NCBI GenBank assembly: GCA_963737655.1 | Contig: CAVTTN010000002.1 | Coordinates: forward strand, 6,528,001-6,592,000 | DNA: 64,000 nucleotides | DNA from: an uncultured Planctomycetota bacterium | Lineage (GTDB): Bacteria > Planctomycetota > Planctomycetia > Isosphaerales > Isosphaeraceae | Direction of reading: 5' to 3' | Part shown: positions 1 to 19,378 of the stretch, piece by piece | Position numbering within the stretch: the stretch's first letter is position 1 | Layout of the letters: the number at the start of each line of letters is the position of its first letter | The notes under the pieces: model-generated | What the model was told of the DNA's origin: nothing | Databases searched by the model: none | The model's input: the letters and a program-made list of their open reading frames with translations, nothing else | Position numbers and translations under genes: made by a program

Positions 1-282
1 ATGCTCTTCGAGGTGCTTCAGATACGGCGAGAGCGTGTAATCGCGGCCGGCGTCCTCGGGGAAGAACGGCCTCGGCAAGACGCCGAGATTGTTGCAGATG
101 CAGAACATCCGCCGGGGCACCGGGCGGGGGCCGTCGGCCGCTCTCACGGACGGGGCGCGCATCGACTCGAGCGAGGGCAGCGCCATCGCCACGGCCGAAC
201 CGCGGAGGAAGCGTCGCCGAGAGATCGGCCTCCGCCTCGTCGCGAACGGCGGCCTGGACTCGGACCCGGTTTGCGGGCACAT
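1..282 (-). CDS. DUF1552 family protein, N-terminal part (runs off the window)
   Basis: Manual translation: MCPQ...ISRRRFLRGSAVAMALPSLESM...PRRMFCICNNLGV. Tat-like leader. It follows a DUF1592-type gene, the usual pairing. Confidence 0.8.
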   Translation of the reverse strand, partial: MCPQTGSESRPPFATRRRPISRRRFLRGSAVAMALPSLESMRAPSVRAADGPRPVPRRMFCICNNLGVLPRPFFPEDAGRDYTLSPYLKHLEEH

Positions 283-294
283 GGCCGGTCCCCC

Positions 295-3065
295 CTACTT
301 GTTGCGGAACAGGTCGCTCTGGATGATCGCGTGGACGAGGCTGCTCACGCCGTAGTGGCCGTCCTTCGTCGCGTCGAGGATGGCCTCGATCGCCGCCCCG
401 TCGGAGAACCGCGCCGGGGCGCCGGTGGCGAAGACGGTCAACTGCCGGGCCAGGTTCCTCGCGATCGGCCGCTCGTCCCGGACGAGGAGCCGCTTCAGCT
501 CGCGCACGTCCTTGAACGGCCGGCCGTCGGGCAGCGCGCCGGCCGAATCGACGGGCAGGGCGAAATGGAACGCGAACGCCTGCCCGTTCATGCCGAACCC
601 CTGGACCGCGGGGACCTTCTCGGACGCCGCGCGGTATCGCTCGCGGTAGCCGCCCATCACGTCGAAGCTCTCCAGAGCGAAGCCCGGCGGGTCCATCTTG
701 CTGTGACAGGAGGCGCAGCTGAGGTTGGTGCGATGCTTCTCCAACTGCTGGCGGATCGTCACCGCGCCGCGGATGTCCGGCTCGACGGCCTCGACCGTCG
801 GCGGCGGGGGCGGCGTCTCCAGCCCCAGGATCCGCTCGGTGATCCAGTGGCCGCGGAGCACGGGCGAGGTCGTCGTGCCGTTGGCCGTGACCTTCAGGAC
901 GCTGGCCTGCGTCATGAACCCGCCCCGGAGGCCGTCTTCCGGCAGCTTCACCTTGCGGAAATGGACGCCCGAGACGCCGCCGATCCCGTAGTGATCGGCC
1001 AGCCGCTCGTTCAGGAAGGTGAAGTCGGAATCGACGATGTTCCTCGACGGCAAGTCGGCTCTCAGCAGTTCGGCGAAGAACAGCCGGGTCTCCTCCAGCG
1101 AGGCCAATTTCAGGGGGTCGTCGAGCTCGTAGTCGTTGTAGAGCGTGGCGGACGGCGCGGTGTCGTCGATCTTCCGCAGGTCGAGCCAGTAGTCGGTGAA
1201 CGCCTCGACGAACCGGCGTGATCTGGGATCGCCGAGCATCCGCTCGGCCTGGGCGCGCAGGACCTCGGGCTTGCTCAGCTCGCCGGAGTCGGCCAAGGCC
1301 CGCAAGGTGTCGTCGGGGATCGAGTTCCACAGGAACAGGGCGAGCCTCGTGGCCAGGGCGCGGTCGTCGAGCCGGCCCGGTTCCTCCTCGACGAACACGA
1401 AGCCCGGCGACGCCAGGACGGCCGTGTAGGCCGAGAGCAGGGATCGCCCGAATCCGGCCCCCTTTCCGGCCTGGTCCTCGAACAGCGCCAGGAACCGCTT
1501 GACCTCGTCCTCGGCGACCGGCCGGCGATAGGCCCGCTTCAGGAACGATCGCAGGAGCCGCTCCGCATCGTCCCTCGGCGCCGCGGATTCGACTTCATAG
1601 AGGGCCTCGCGGACGGCGCCCCGCCCGGGTCCGCCGGCTCCGGCCCGCGCCTCGCGCCGGGGCCCGCGGATGGGCCGGGGCCACCCGGGCCGATCTCGAG
1701 CGACACCCCGGGCCGCGGCGGCTCGGAAGGCACGAGTTGCAACTTGTCGAACAATCGTTCATACCCCGCGTCGGCGGTCGCGTCGTCGTGAAACGGCCCC
1801 TCGACCTCGATCCACTGGAGGGCGTAGCCCGGCATGCCGTCCTCGGTGGCCAGGGGATTGACGTATTGCTCGTCCGTACCGTTGACTCGGGCGCGGAAGA
1901 GCCGGGAGCCGTCGGTCCGCACGACCTCGTTGGCCAGGAGGTCGACGTCGATCTCGCGCACCTCGGGCCTCGGGGTCAAGTCGATGGCGCCGATCGGCCG
2001 GGTCTGGCCGCCCCCCTGCGCGTACACGCCGATCGGCTCGTCCCTCCGGCCGGGGTAGACCTCGTCCAGGTTCGGGCGGTGCCACAGGAGCGTGTGATAC
2101 ACGGGTGCCTTCGCGGCCCCCTGGCCCTCGTAGAACCATCGCGCCACGCCGCCGCCGGCGACCCAGATCGTGTACCCGGAGATCCGCAGCTTGTAGCGCG
2201 CGGCGACCGGCGCCCTCCAGCCGTTCCAGCTGTAGCCGCCCGCGTCGCTGAAGATGCTGGACACCCGGCCGACCGCCTCGCGATCGCGCGTCTCCGGTCG
2301 GGTCGCCGGGGCGCGGCCGGCGCGGACGTCCGGCTGGGCATGCGAGTCGAGCACGGGGAACGAGAGGCGGTCGGGCAGGGTCCCGTTCTCGCGGGGCCAC
2401 CAGTTCCGCAGGCTCGGCTCGTCGCGGGCATACAGCCGGCGAGTGGCCTTCGCCGGCCTCGCGAGGTGCCTCGCCATCGCCTGCCTCATGGCGTAGTCGG
2501 CCGAATCCATGAACCGCGCGATCTGGAGGTAGGAGACGTCCAGCGCCTCGCCGCTCTTGTTGAAGTGATATGCCTCGCCATCCTCGGGCAGGCGACGGGC
2601 GACCTGGGCCCAGGGGACGCCGAGCAGGTCGCGCAGGGCGTTCTGGTATTCGTCGCGATTGAGCCGGCGTCGGATCGCCCGGCCCTCGCCGGCCAGCTCC
2701 GCCCGCTCCGCGGAGATGATCGACCTCGCCAGGTCCTCGACGAAGGCGGCCTGCCGGCCGGCGTCGGGCCGGGCCTCGCCCCGGGGCGGCATCTCGCCCG
2801 CCTTCACGCGATCGTGCACCTTGATCCAGACGGCCCGGTTGGCGGGATCGCTCGGGGCGAACGCCAGGCCGGTCAGGTCGAGCCGGCCCTTCTTGCTCAC
2901 GTCATTGTGGCAGCTCGCGCAATGATCGCTGACGAACGCGTCGTCGGGGTCGGCGAGCTCGACCGCGACGGCCGACCGGCCCCCGAGCAGGACCAGCGCC
3001 GCGAGCCCGAGAATTCGGAGGCGGGACCTACCAAGGCCATCCCCGAGGGATCGGTGTCGCATCAT
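295..3065 (-). CDS. Planctomycete cytochrome c / PSD-domain protein (DUF1587/1592/1588/1585), frameshifted
   Basis: ORFs 1539..3200 ([13 protein letters not shown]) and 295..1398 ([30 protein letters not shown]) form one protein, with breaks at about 1430-1620. Confidence 0.85.
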
Positions 3066-3118
3066 CGCTGGTTCCTGGTCGAGTGGCGTTGGCGGACCTG
3101 CGAGGGCCGGGGGCCCGC

Positions 3119-4307
3119 CTAATCCTGGAACACGAGGGCGCGAACTGGTAGAGGCTCCGCCGCCAGGTCTGCCACTCGTGGGCCGTGTTCGGGGATTCAT
3201 AGTATGTGTTCTTGATGCCCAGCTTTTCCAGCGCCTCGTGGTTCGCCTTCGCGGCGGCGGTGTTCTCCTTGCTGCCGTAGCTCACGAACAGCACTCGGAC
3301 CTTCTCCTTGAAGGCCGACGGGTCGGCCAGCGCCGGGTCATTCGCCGCGATGCTGCCGCCGCTGAAGAGCCCGATGCCCGAGAACTTGTCGAGGTTCGCG
3401 AGGGTGATCTGCTTGGTCTGCCCGCCGCCCATCGACAGCCCCGCCATGGCCCGATGCGGCTGGTCGGCGATCGTGCGGAAGTTCGCATCGATGAACGGGA
3501 TCAACTCCTCGATCATGATCTTCGCGAAGCCGGAGACGTCGAACCTCGGGCGAGGGGCGCACCGGCGCCGGCGGCGGCAGGTGCGGGGGGACGTCGCGGC
3601 CCGCCGCCGAAGTTGTTGCCGCCGTTGTCCATCACGATGAGGAACGGCTTCGATTTTCCTGCCGCGATCAGGTTGTCCATGATCAGGTTGGCACGCCCCT
3701 GGTTGCCCCACCCGGTCTCGTCCTCGAATGCGCCGTGCTGGAGATACAGCACAGGATACCGCTTGCTCGGGTCCTTGTCATAGTCGGGCGGCGTGTAGAC
3801 GAAGCAGCGGCGGGTGGCGTTGGTGCTCTTCGAGAAGTACATGGCCTGGCGGAGCTGGCCGTGAGGGACGTCCTTGACGGCGTAGAATTCCTCGTCCTGG
3901 GCCGGGATCTCGATGGCGCTGCCCATGCGGCCGGCGCCGAAGAAGAACTTGCTGCCGGGGTCCGGGACGTCGGCGCCGTCGATGTTGATCCGGTAGTAAT
4001 GGAACCCCTCATCGATGGGACGCGACGTGCCGACCCAGGCGCCGTCCTCGCCTTTGGTCAGGGTGATCCCGCCCCACTCGGGCACCTTCACGCTCTGGGC
4101 CTGGGGCGCGACGACTCGGAAGCGGGCGCGGCGCTCGGAGTTGACCTGGGGATACTCCTTGCCGCCCTGGTTGGACGACGCCGGCTTGAAATCTTCGACG
4201 ACCGTCGCGGGCTGGGCCGGCGCGGTCTGGGGAGGCGTGGCCTGCGCCAATGCGACCTGGCCGGCCAGCAGGGGCAGGAATACGAAGCCCATCGTCGCGG
4301 CCCTCAT
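3119..4307 (-). CDS. Secreted CE1-type esterase with N-terminal CBM48-like domain, frameshifted
   Basis: [22 protein letters not shown] nucleophile motif and HEWQTWRR, split over ORFs 3513..4352 and 3028..3711. Restoring one C gives the C-terminus FAPLVFQD*. Confidence 0.85.
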
Positions 4308-4374
4308 GACGCTGCTCCTCGGTCTTGAAGCGAAGTTCCGGCCCACGGACACAAGATCAGGGGTCGCCGTCCCG

Positions 4375-5826
<1,452 letters not shown>

Positions 5827-5879
5827 GTTCCACCCCCTTTGTGACCGGCCCTTGACCGAGGTGAGTCGTCCAGTTCTTC

Positions 5880-12336
<6,457 letters not shown>

Positions 12337-12591
12337 CGTTCGGATTCCCTCGCGATGCGAGCCGGCCGGCGGAGTCTCGGACGGACGCCCGCCCCTCGCC
12401 GGCGAAATCTGCGCAAAGCAAACCGGAGGATTCCCCAATCCCGGTTTGACGGCCTCTCCAGGGATTTCCGGCCGGGCGCCGCCTCTGGGTGCGGTCTCGT
12501 CCGAGACCCGGACGGCCCACACCACGACCTCGGAGACGCGCGGCCTCTGGATAGTCTGTTGGGAAATCCGCCGCGAAAGTTACAGCGTCCG

Positions 12592-15500
12592 TCAGAAGTT
12601 TCGGTCGGGCCCGGACCGGCGGGTCGCCGGGACCGGGTTCGCCGAGCGGACCGCCTGGACGCCGTCCCAGAACTCGCGGAGGGAACGCCGCTCCGCTTCG
12701 GGGAGCGTCGAGAGGGCGGGCTCCTCGCGGATGGACGCCAGGGCCGGATCCACCTGCCAGCGGCTGAGCCGTCGGGCGACGCCCGCTCGCTGCGAGGACG
12801 TGCCCGAATCCACGATGGCCGTCGACGCCGCGAGGTCGGCGCGGAGCCACTCGACCGCCTGGCGACGCCACTTCGCCCGCGACTCGGCCCCCGATCCGGC
12901 GAGATCCCGACCGCCCTCGGCCCCGGAACGGGCCGCGGCGCGCGCGGCCTGGAAGCGATTCATGGCCACCAAATCCGCCGCGAGCTCGGGAGAGGCCTCG
13001 AACGCCCCGGTCCAGAGGCGGGCCGCCGCCTCCGCCCGGTCTCTCGCGAAGGCCAGGCGAGCGAACGACGCGGCCTCCTCGGCGTTCGCCGGCGCCTCGC
13101 ACCCCTCCATCACGGCGGGAAGTCGCGGTTCGAGGGCGATGAGCTGCTCCGCTCGAGACACCAACATCTCGGACGTGAGGAACGGGTCCGGCGGCGGACC
13201 CGGCCCGATCCGGGCCAGCGCCTCGAGTGCCTCGCGCGGCTCGCCCGCCTCGATCAGCGCCCGGCCGAGGAAGAGATGCGACGCGGAGATTCGGGGATCG
13301 AGTCGCACGGCCTCGCGGAATTCGGCCACCGCCTCGCCCAGCCGACCGGCCGATTGCAGGGCGTGGGCGAGCGCCTTGTGCGCCACGCCCATCGCGGGGA
13401 AAAGGCGGACGGCCTCGCCCTGCTCCCGGATGGCGGCGTCCCAGTCGCCGCGATCGGAGAAGGCCAGCGCGACCTGATCCCGGACCATCCAGTCCATCGG
13501 CTTCAACCGTTTCGCCTCCGAGAATTCGGCGCGGGCCTCGGACGACGCCCCCAGCGCGAGCAGCGCCGAACCGAGCGCGACGTGCGAGAGCGGGTCGTCG
13601 GGCCGGAGCCGGGTCCACTGGCGGAACAGCTCGGCGGCCTCGCCGGGTTGTCCGCTCAGCAGGATCGCCCGACCCAGGCCGCCCAGGGCCAGGGGGCTCT
13701 GGGGCCTCACGCCCGCGGCGACGGCGTAGAAGCGGATCGCCTCCTCGGGACGATTCGAGGCCAGGAACTCGCGACCCAGGTCGGCGTTCACCCAGAAGTC
13801 GTCGCGATGCGCCGCCTGCGCCCGCCGGAGCAGGGCGATCGCCGTGTCGCGCCTCCCGAAGATCGCCAGAGAGGTCGCCAGCCGGGTGACGCTCGTGACC
13901 GGGAGATGCTCCACGTCCGCGGTGGCCGCGAGCCGCTCCAGCACTTCGAGGCGACGGGCCGGGCCGCCTTGCATGCGGCCGACCGTGTCGCGCAGGCGGT
14001 CCCTCCACGAGTCGGGATCGGCGGCCCTGGCCACCGCGACGAGGCGATCGGCACCCGCCGGGTCGTGCAGGACACGACTCCGGCGCAAGATCGCCCACTG
14101 ATCGAGGGCGCTCGCAAGCTCCGGGGCGACCGGGCTCGTCGTCAGCAGACGGCCGGCGGCCGGGGGATCGAGCGAATCGACGTCGACGCCGTAGGCGCGG
14201 AACGCGGCCGCGTAGTCGGCGTTGGCCTTCCGCTCGTCGCCGTGGACGCCGAAGTCGTTGAGGACCGCCGCCAATCGCTCGACGATCCGGCGGTCCTTTT
14301 CGACGTCCTCGATCGCCTCGCGTTCTCGCGTGAGTTCGTCGAGGAACCGGCGGACCCGCTGCGTCTGTTCGAGGGTCGCGTCGCTGCCGGTGAGGAGCGT
14401 CTCCGCGCGCCTCGCCGCCTCGATCGCCTCGACCCAGAGGATCGGGTCGCCCCCCGCGGCGATCGCCTTCTCGCGCTTCTTCGCGGAATCGGCGAGGGCG
14501 GCGTTGACTGCGACCTCCACGGCCCCGAGGCGCCGGCGTCGTTCGCGGCCCATCCACCCCCAGCCGGCCGCGCCGATCAGGCCCGTGATCAGCACCGACG
14601 CCACGAGGGCAAGCGTCAACTGACGACGACGACGCTCGCCCGCGGCCCGCGCCTCGGCCCTGACCGTCGCCAGCTCGGCATCCCGCAAGCGGCCTTCCAC
14701 GCCGCGGAGGTACGCGGTCAGTCCCAGGACGACCACGCTCGCGTCGCGGGGTCGATGTTTCGGCACGGCCGCCAGGCACGTCCGGGCCAGCGCCACGAGC
14801 TCGGCATCGGCCCCGCAGGCGTCGAGTCGCCGGAAAGCCTCCGAGAGATCGGCCCTCTCGGCCTTGCGGTAAACCTCGGAGGAAGCCTCGCCCACGAACG
14901 CCGGCTGGCCGGTCAGGATCTCGCACAGGATGGAGCCGAGGGCGAAGACGTCGGCCCGCTCGTCGAGCGTGTCCATCGCCCCGCGAGCCTGCTCCGGGGC
15001 CATGTACGAGGGGGTGCCGAGGACGGAGCCGGGCCGCGATTCCATCATCTCCGAGCCGTCCCGCCAGGTCCGAATGACCGACGCGTCATCGCCGGCGGAG
15101 CTGGGCCGATCGCCGTCCGCCTGGCCGCACAGGTCGAGCACCTTCGCGAGGCCCCAATCCATCACCTGGACCTCGCCGAAGCTGCCCACCATCACGTTCG
15201 ACGGCTTGAGGTCGCGATGGATCACGCCCTTCGAATGGGCGTAGGCCACGGTCTGGCCGACCTGCTCGAAGACGGCGAGAAATCGGGTGCGTTCGTCGTC
15301 GGGGCCCCGTCGCGCCGCCAGCAAGGCCGCCAGGGTTCGGCCCCTCACCAGCTTCATCGCGATGAACATCCGGCCGTCGGGCAGGCGGCCCAGCTCGTGA
15401 ACCGGGACGATCCCCGGATGCTGGAGCTGCCCGCCGATCTGCGCCTCCTCGACGAACCGCCGGACCATCTCGGGATGCTCGCGGTGCTCCTCGCGCATCA

Positions 15501-15847
15501 CCTTGACGGCCAGGTCGCGGCCGAGGTAGAGGTCGCGGCCCTGGAAGATGGCCCCCATCCCCCCGCGCCAGCTCGCCCAGGAGCTGATATCGGGTGGATG
15601 GGTCGGGATGCGCGTGACCTTCCGCCGAAGTCGGTCGGATCAGCGGGGCGTCATCGGACGATTCGCGAAGGTGGACACGCACCTTCGTCGAGTCGAAGGG
15701 AGGAGCCCCCTCCTCGGGCGATCCGTGGGCCTCCGGATCGAACGAGATCGCGGCCCCGAGGCGGAGAAGGCACCGGGGACAGAGCCCGGCCGGGGAGTTG
15801 CTCGGCGGGCGTTCTCCGCAGTCGGGACACGTCTCGGCTCCGCTCAT
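12592..15847 (-). CDS. Ser/Thr protein kinase with N-terminal CxxC..CxxC and C-terminal TPRs, frameshifted near 15560
   Basis: CPDCG...LCPRC; LARG[G]MG broken in a G-run; HRDLKPSN, DWGLAK, GTPSYMAPEQ; TPR-like repeats. Start may instead be 15913. Confidence 0.9.
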
Positions 15848-15950
15848 CGCACCCGCCCCGTTCCGGTTCCCGTTCCCGTTCGCGTCCGACACCGAAAGCC
15901 ACCTCGTCTTCATTGGGGAAATGGTCGCGAGCGTTACACCCCGAGCGGGC

Positions 15951-16691
15951 TCAGCCCTCCAGGGCGGCGAAGAGGGCCTGGATCTCGTCATCGACCTGGT
16001 CGGCGTCGCCGACGGTCGCCGCGATCGCCTCACGCAAGAGGAGGCCGTAGCGGCGCCGGAGGCGGTGGACCGCGACGCGGACGTTTCCTTCGGTGGTCCC
16101 CAGCCTCCGAGCGATCTCCGCGTAGGGGTCCGACTCGGGGTCCCGCGTCAGGACGGCGATCAGCTCGTCGAACCTGGCCGACCGACCCGCATCGTCGTAC
16201 TCGCCGCGGAGCCGTTCGACGACGCGGCCGAGCAGGGTCAGGGCCCAGGTCCTGTCGAAGATCCGCTCCGCGGTCATCTCGTGGGCGGGTTCGAGGGCGT
16301 AGCGGCGCTCGGCATCGAGGGGGTCGATGGCGAGCTGCGGACGGCCCCCGCCCCGCTTGGCCGCGTTCTCCCGGTCGCGGTCGCCCGCCAGGTGCCGGGC
16401 GCACACGGTGCGCAGGAAGGCGCGGAAGCGGCCCCGGGCCGGGTCGGCTCTGGCGATCAAGTCGTGCTCCAGGACGTAGGCGAAGAAGTCCTGGGTCCGG
16501 TCCTGGGCCTGCTCGGGCGAGAACCCGCGGTGGCGGACGAAGGCGTAAATGGGGTACCAGTACGCCTGGCAGAGCATCGACAGGGCCTCCCGGGCCTCCC
16601 CGTCGTCGCAGCGGGCCGCCGTGGCCACTCGGCTCCATTGCGTGGTGGGGAAGCGTCCCGGGGCGTGACCCTCGGGTTGGAGAAGCGGCAT
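15951..16691 (-). CDS. ECF sigma factor, kinase-associated planctomycete type
   Basis: FPTTQWSRV, YWYPIYAFVR, RGRFRAFL, region-4 HTH (YAEIARRLG...VAVHRLRRRY). Confidence 0.9.
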   Translation of the reverse strand: MPLLQPEGHAPGRFPTTQWSRVATAARCDDGEAREALSMLCQAYWYPIYAFVRHRGFSPEQAQDRTQDFFAYVLEHDLIARADPARGRFRAFLRTVCARHLAGDRDRENAAKRGGGRPQLAIDPLDAERRYALEPAHEMTAERIFDRTWALTLLGRVVERLRGEYDDAGRSARFDELIAVLTRDPESDPYAEIARRLGTTEGNVRVAVHRLRRRYGLLLREAIAATVGDADQVDDEIQALFAALEG

Positions 16692-17086
16692 GATCGCCCC
16701 CTGGAGCCGGACGCGTGAGACGGGACCTGCGGGAAGGCTCCGACCGATTATCGCGTCGGGACGCCGCGGTGACGAGGGCCCCGAAGTCCACCGAGGGAGC
16801 CCTCCAAGCGGGAGGCCACGCCGAGACCGCGTCCCGGAAGGCTCCGAGGGCCGACCTCTCCGCTTCGGTCTCGGCGACCGAATCCATGGTTCCGAGGGGC
16901 GTTGCATCGAAGCCGGCGCGTCTTCTTGCGCGGGGGGCGGGGCTTGTGCGGGCCGGGCCGCGTCGTGGTTGATCGTCATCTCGGCTGGACCCTTTGCCCG
17001 GCCCGGGGCGCGTGCTATCGTGTCGATCTCCCGACGGGGAGACTCCTTCCATCACGATGCACGCGGGCCTTGCGGGGGACGATGCG

Positions 17087-18250
17087 ATGAGCGGTTCGAG
17101 GAAGATGAGGACGGGCATGGTCGGCGGCGGAGGGCCCGCGAACTTCTTTGGCGCCCCCCATCGCCGGGCCATCCTGATGGACAACTCCGCCGAACTCACC
17201 GCCGGGGCGTTGCGGAGCGACTCCGAAGGCTCGATCGCCTCGGCCCGGGAGCTCTTCTTCGCGAGGGGGTACGGCGACTGGAAGACGATGATCGAGGCCG
17301 AGGCGGCGCTGCCGGAGTCCGAGAGGATCGATTACGTGACGATCGTCACGCCCAACGACGCCCACTTCGGACCGGCCGAGGCCGCCTGTTCGGCCGGGAT
17401 CGGCGTGATGTGCGAGAAGCCCCTGACGACCACCTTGGACGAGGCCCGCAAACTCGGCCAGGCCGCCTCCGCCCACAAGTCCCCGTTCGGGGTCGCCTAC
17501 ACCTACACCGGCTTCCCGATGGTCATGCTGGCGAAGGAGATGGTCCGCGACGGCAAGATCGGCAAGGTCAGGAAGGTGGAGGCGTGGTATCCCCAGGGCT
17601 GGCTCGCCACCAAGCTGGAGACCGAGGGGCAGAAGCAGGCGAGCTGGCGGGTCGATCCCAAGAAGTCGGGCGCCTCGGGGTGCGGCGGGGACATCGGCAC
17701 CCACGCCTATGAGTTCGTCCGGTTCGTGACCGGGCTGAAGGCCACGAAGTTGTCGGCGAGGCTCAAGGCGTTCGTCGAGGGCCGGGCCCTGGACGATGAT
17801 TTCACCGTCCTTTGCGAGCTGACCGAGGGCGCGATCGCCACCGTGGCGGCCAGTCAGATCACCATCGGGGCCCAGAATGACAACGGGTTCCGCGTGAGCG
17901 GGACTTCGGGCACCCTGGAATGGTCGATCACCGAGCACAACGTCCTGAAGCACTACCAGGGCGGCCAGCCCGTGAACCTGTATCGGCTCGGGGCCGAATA
18001 CGGCTACTTCCCCGCGTCGATCAAGCCGTACATCCGCGTCCCGTCGGGCCACCCGGAGGGGTTCCACGAGGCCCTGGCGAACCTCCACCGGACGCTCGAA
18101 TGGCAGATCCGGGGGTCTCGCGGCGAGGCCTGCCCGAAGCCGTTCGATCACCCCGGGATCGGCGACGGCGTGGCCGGCATGGCGTTCATCGACGCCGCCG
18201 TGACGAGCTCGAAGGACGGGGGCGCGTGGGTCGAGGTGACCGATCAGTGA
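17087..18250 (+). CDS. Gfo/Idh/MocA oxidoreductase
   Basis: GMVGGG, TPNDAH, CEKP, YPQGWL, GDIGTHA, PSGHPEG. Confidence 0.9.
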   Translation: MSGSRKMRTGMVGGGGPANFFGAPHRRAILMDNSAELTAGALRSDSEGSIASARELFFARGYGDWKTMIEAEAALPESERIDYVTIVTPNDAHFGPAEAACSAGIGVMCEKPLTTTLDEARKLGQAASAHKSPFGVAYTYTGFPMVMLAKEMVRDGKIGKVRKVEAWYPQGWLATKLETEGQKQASWRVDPKKSGASGCGGDIGTHAYEFVRFVTGLKATKLSARLKAFVEGRALDDDFTVLCELTEGAIATVAASQITIGAQNDNGFRVSGTSGTLEWSITEHNVLKHYQGGQPVNLYRLGAEYGYFPASIKPYIRVPSGHPEGFHEALANLHRTLEWQIRGSRGEACPKPFDHPGIGDGVAGMAFIDAAVTSSKDGGAWVEVTDQ

Positions 18251-18274
18251 GGCGCGAGTCTCTTGATGTCCGAT

Positions 18275-18308
18275 GGCATGCCCACGAAGGCGGCGACGTG
18301 GGCATGCC
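18275..18308. terminator. 12-bp hairpin between convergent genes (terminator or REP-like)
   Basis: GGCATGCCCACG-N10-CGTGGGCATGCC. Confidence 0.6.
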
Positions 18309-18316
18309 TCCCGGGC

Positions 18317-18774
18317 TTACTTCTTCTCGTCGGTCATCCGCGTGAAGACCAGGGTGTTGGGCTTCTCGTCGTCGTTGGAATCGGCCTTCTTCTCGATGAA
18401 CTCGCTGGGCAGCGCGCCTTCGGGAGGGCCCCGGCGACCTTCAGCGTCTTGTCGCCGTCGGAGAGCTGGTAGATCGCCTTGTTATCGGGGAGGACGCGGT
18501 CGTCGATCTTCATCTCGGTCCAGGTCATGGTCGGGTACGGCTTGGCCGTCTCGTCGATCTTGAACTTGCCGGCGATCTTCTTCTCGTCCCCCATCGGGGT
18601 GGTGAAGGAGATCTCGACGGTCTGCTTGGCCTTGTCGAAAGCCAGGGTCAGCGGGACGTTGCTGCTGGGTCCGGCCTTGGCCGTCCACTTGCCGTCGAGC
18701 TTGTCCTTGTCGTCGGCGAGGGCGGCCGAGGCGGCGAAGGCGATCAGGGCCAGGGCGGTCGGGAGCCTCTTCAT
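18317..18774 (-). CDS. TIGR03067-like secreted protein, frameshifted near 18430
   Basis: Signal peptide, KLDGKW, FKIDETAKP, AIYQL; the C-terminus LPSEF...LVFTR is in a shifted frame. Confidence 0.75.
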
Positions 18775-18857
18775 CGTCCGATCCTTCGGGTCGGGGCGGG
18801 ATGGGTTGGTCCGAGGGGGGAGATCGAGGCGATCCCCGCGTCCTTCGGCCGGCGATT

Positions 18858-19361
18858 CTAACGAGAGGAGGAGGTGGACGCCATCGAGGACTTCTCGACG
18901 TGCTCGTCGGCCTTGGGCGCGGCGGACTTGGGCCGGGTGAAGGTCACGACGTCGGCCAGGACCCCGTCGCCCGCCTTGAATTCCTTGGGCCGGGGGTTGT
19001 TCGGGCCTCCGGTGGCCATCTTGAGCTTGTCGCCGTCGATCTCGTAGATGCCGAGGACCTCGGGCAGGTCCTGGCCGTCGGTGGAGGTGAAGCCGGACCA
19101 GTCGATGGTCTTGGGCTTGGCCTTCTCGTCGATCTTGAGCGTGCCCTCGGCGTGGACCTTCAGGCCCAGGGGGGTCGAGACGTCGACGGTGACCGCCCGG
19201 CCCCGGACCTCGATGGTCACCGGGATGTCGCGCTCGGGCCCGGCGGTGGTGGTCCACTTGCCCTGGAGCTTGGCGGCGTCACCGGAGGGGGCCTCGTCGG
19301 CCCGGGATGCGGAGAAGACCAGGGAAATCAAGGCGATCGTCGCCGGGATGGACGTCTTCAT
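18858..19361 (-). CDS. TIGR03067 domain secreted protein
   Basis: KLQGKW, KIDEKAKPKTID, GIYEIDGDKLK, RPKEF. Confidence 0.85.
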   Translation of the reverse strand: MKTSIPATIALISLVFSASRADEAPSGDAAKLQGKWTTTAGPERDIPVTIEVRGRAVTVDVSTPLGLKVHAEGTLKIDEKAKPKTIDWSGFTSTDGQDLPEVLGIYEIDGDKLKMATGGPNNPRPKEFKAGDGVLADVVTFTRPKSAAPKADEHVEKSSMASTSSSR

Positions 19362-19378
19362 CGGTCGGGCCCTCGTCG

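Noticed and set aside
16733..16847. GGAAGGCTCCGA direct repeat, two copies
   Set aside because: A short GC-rich repeat with no further support.
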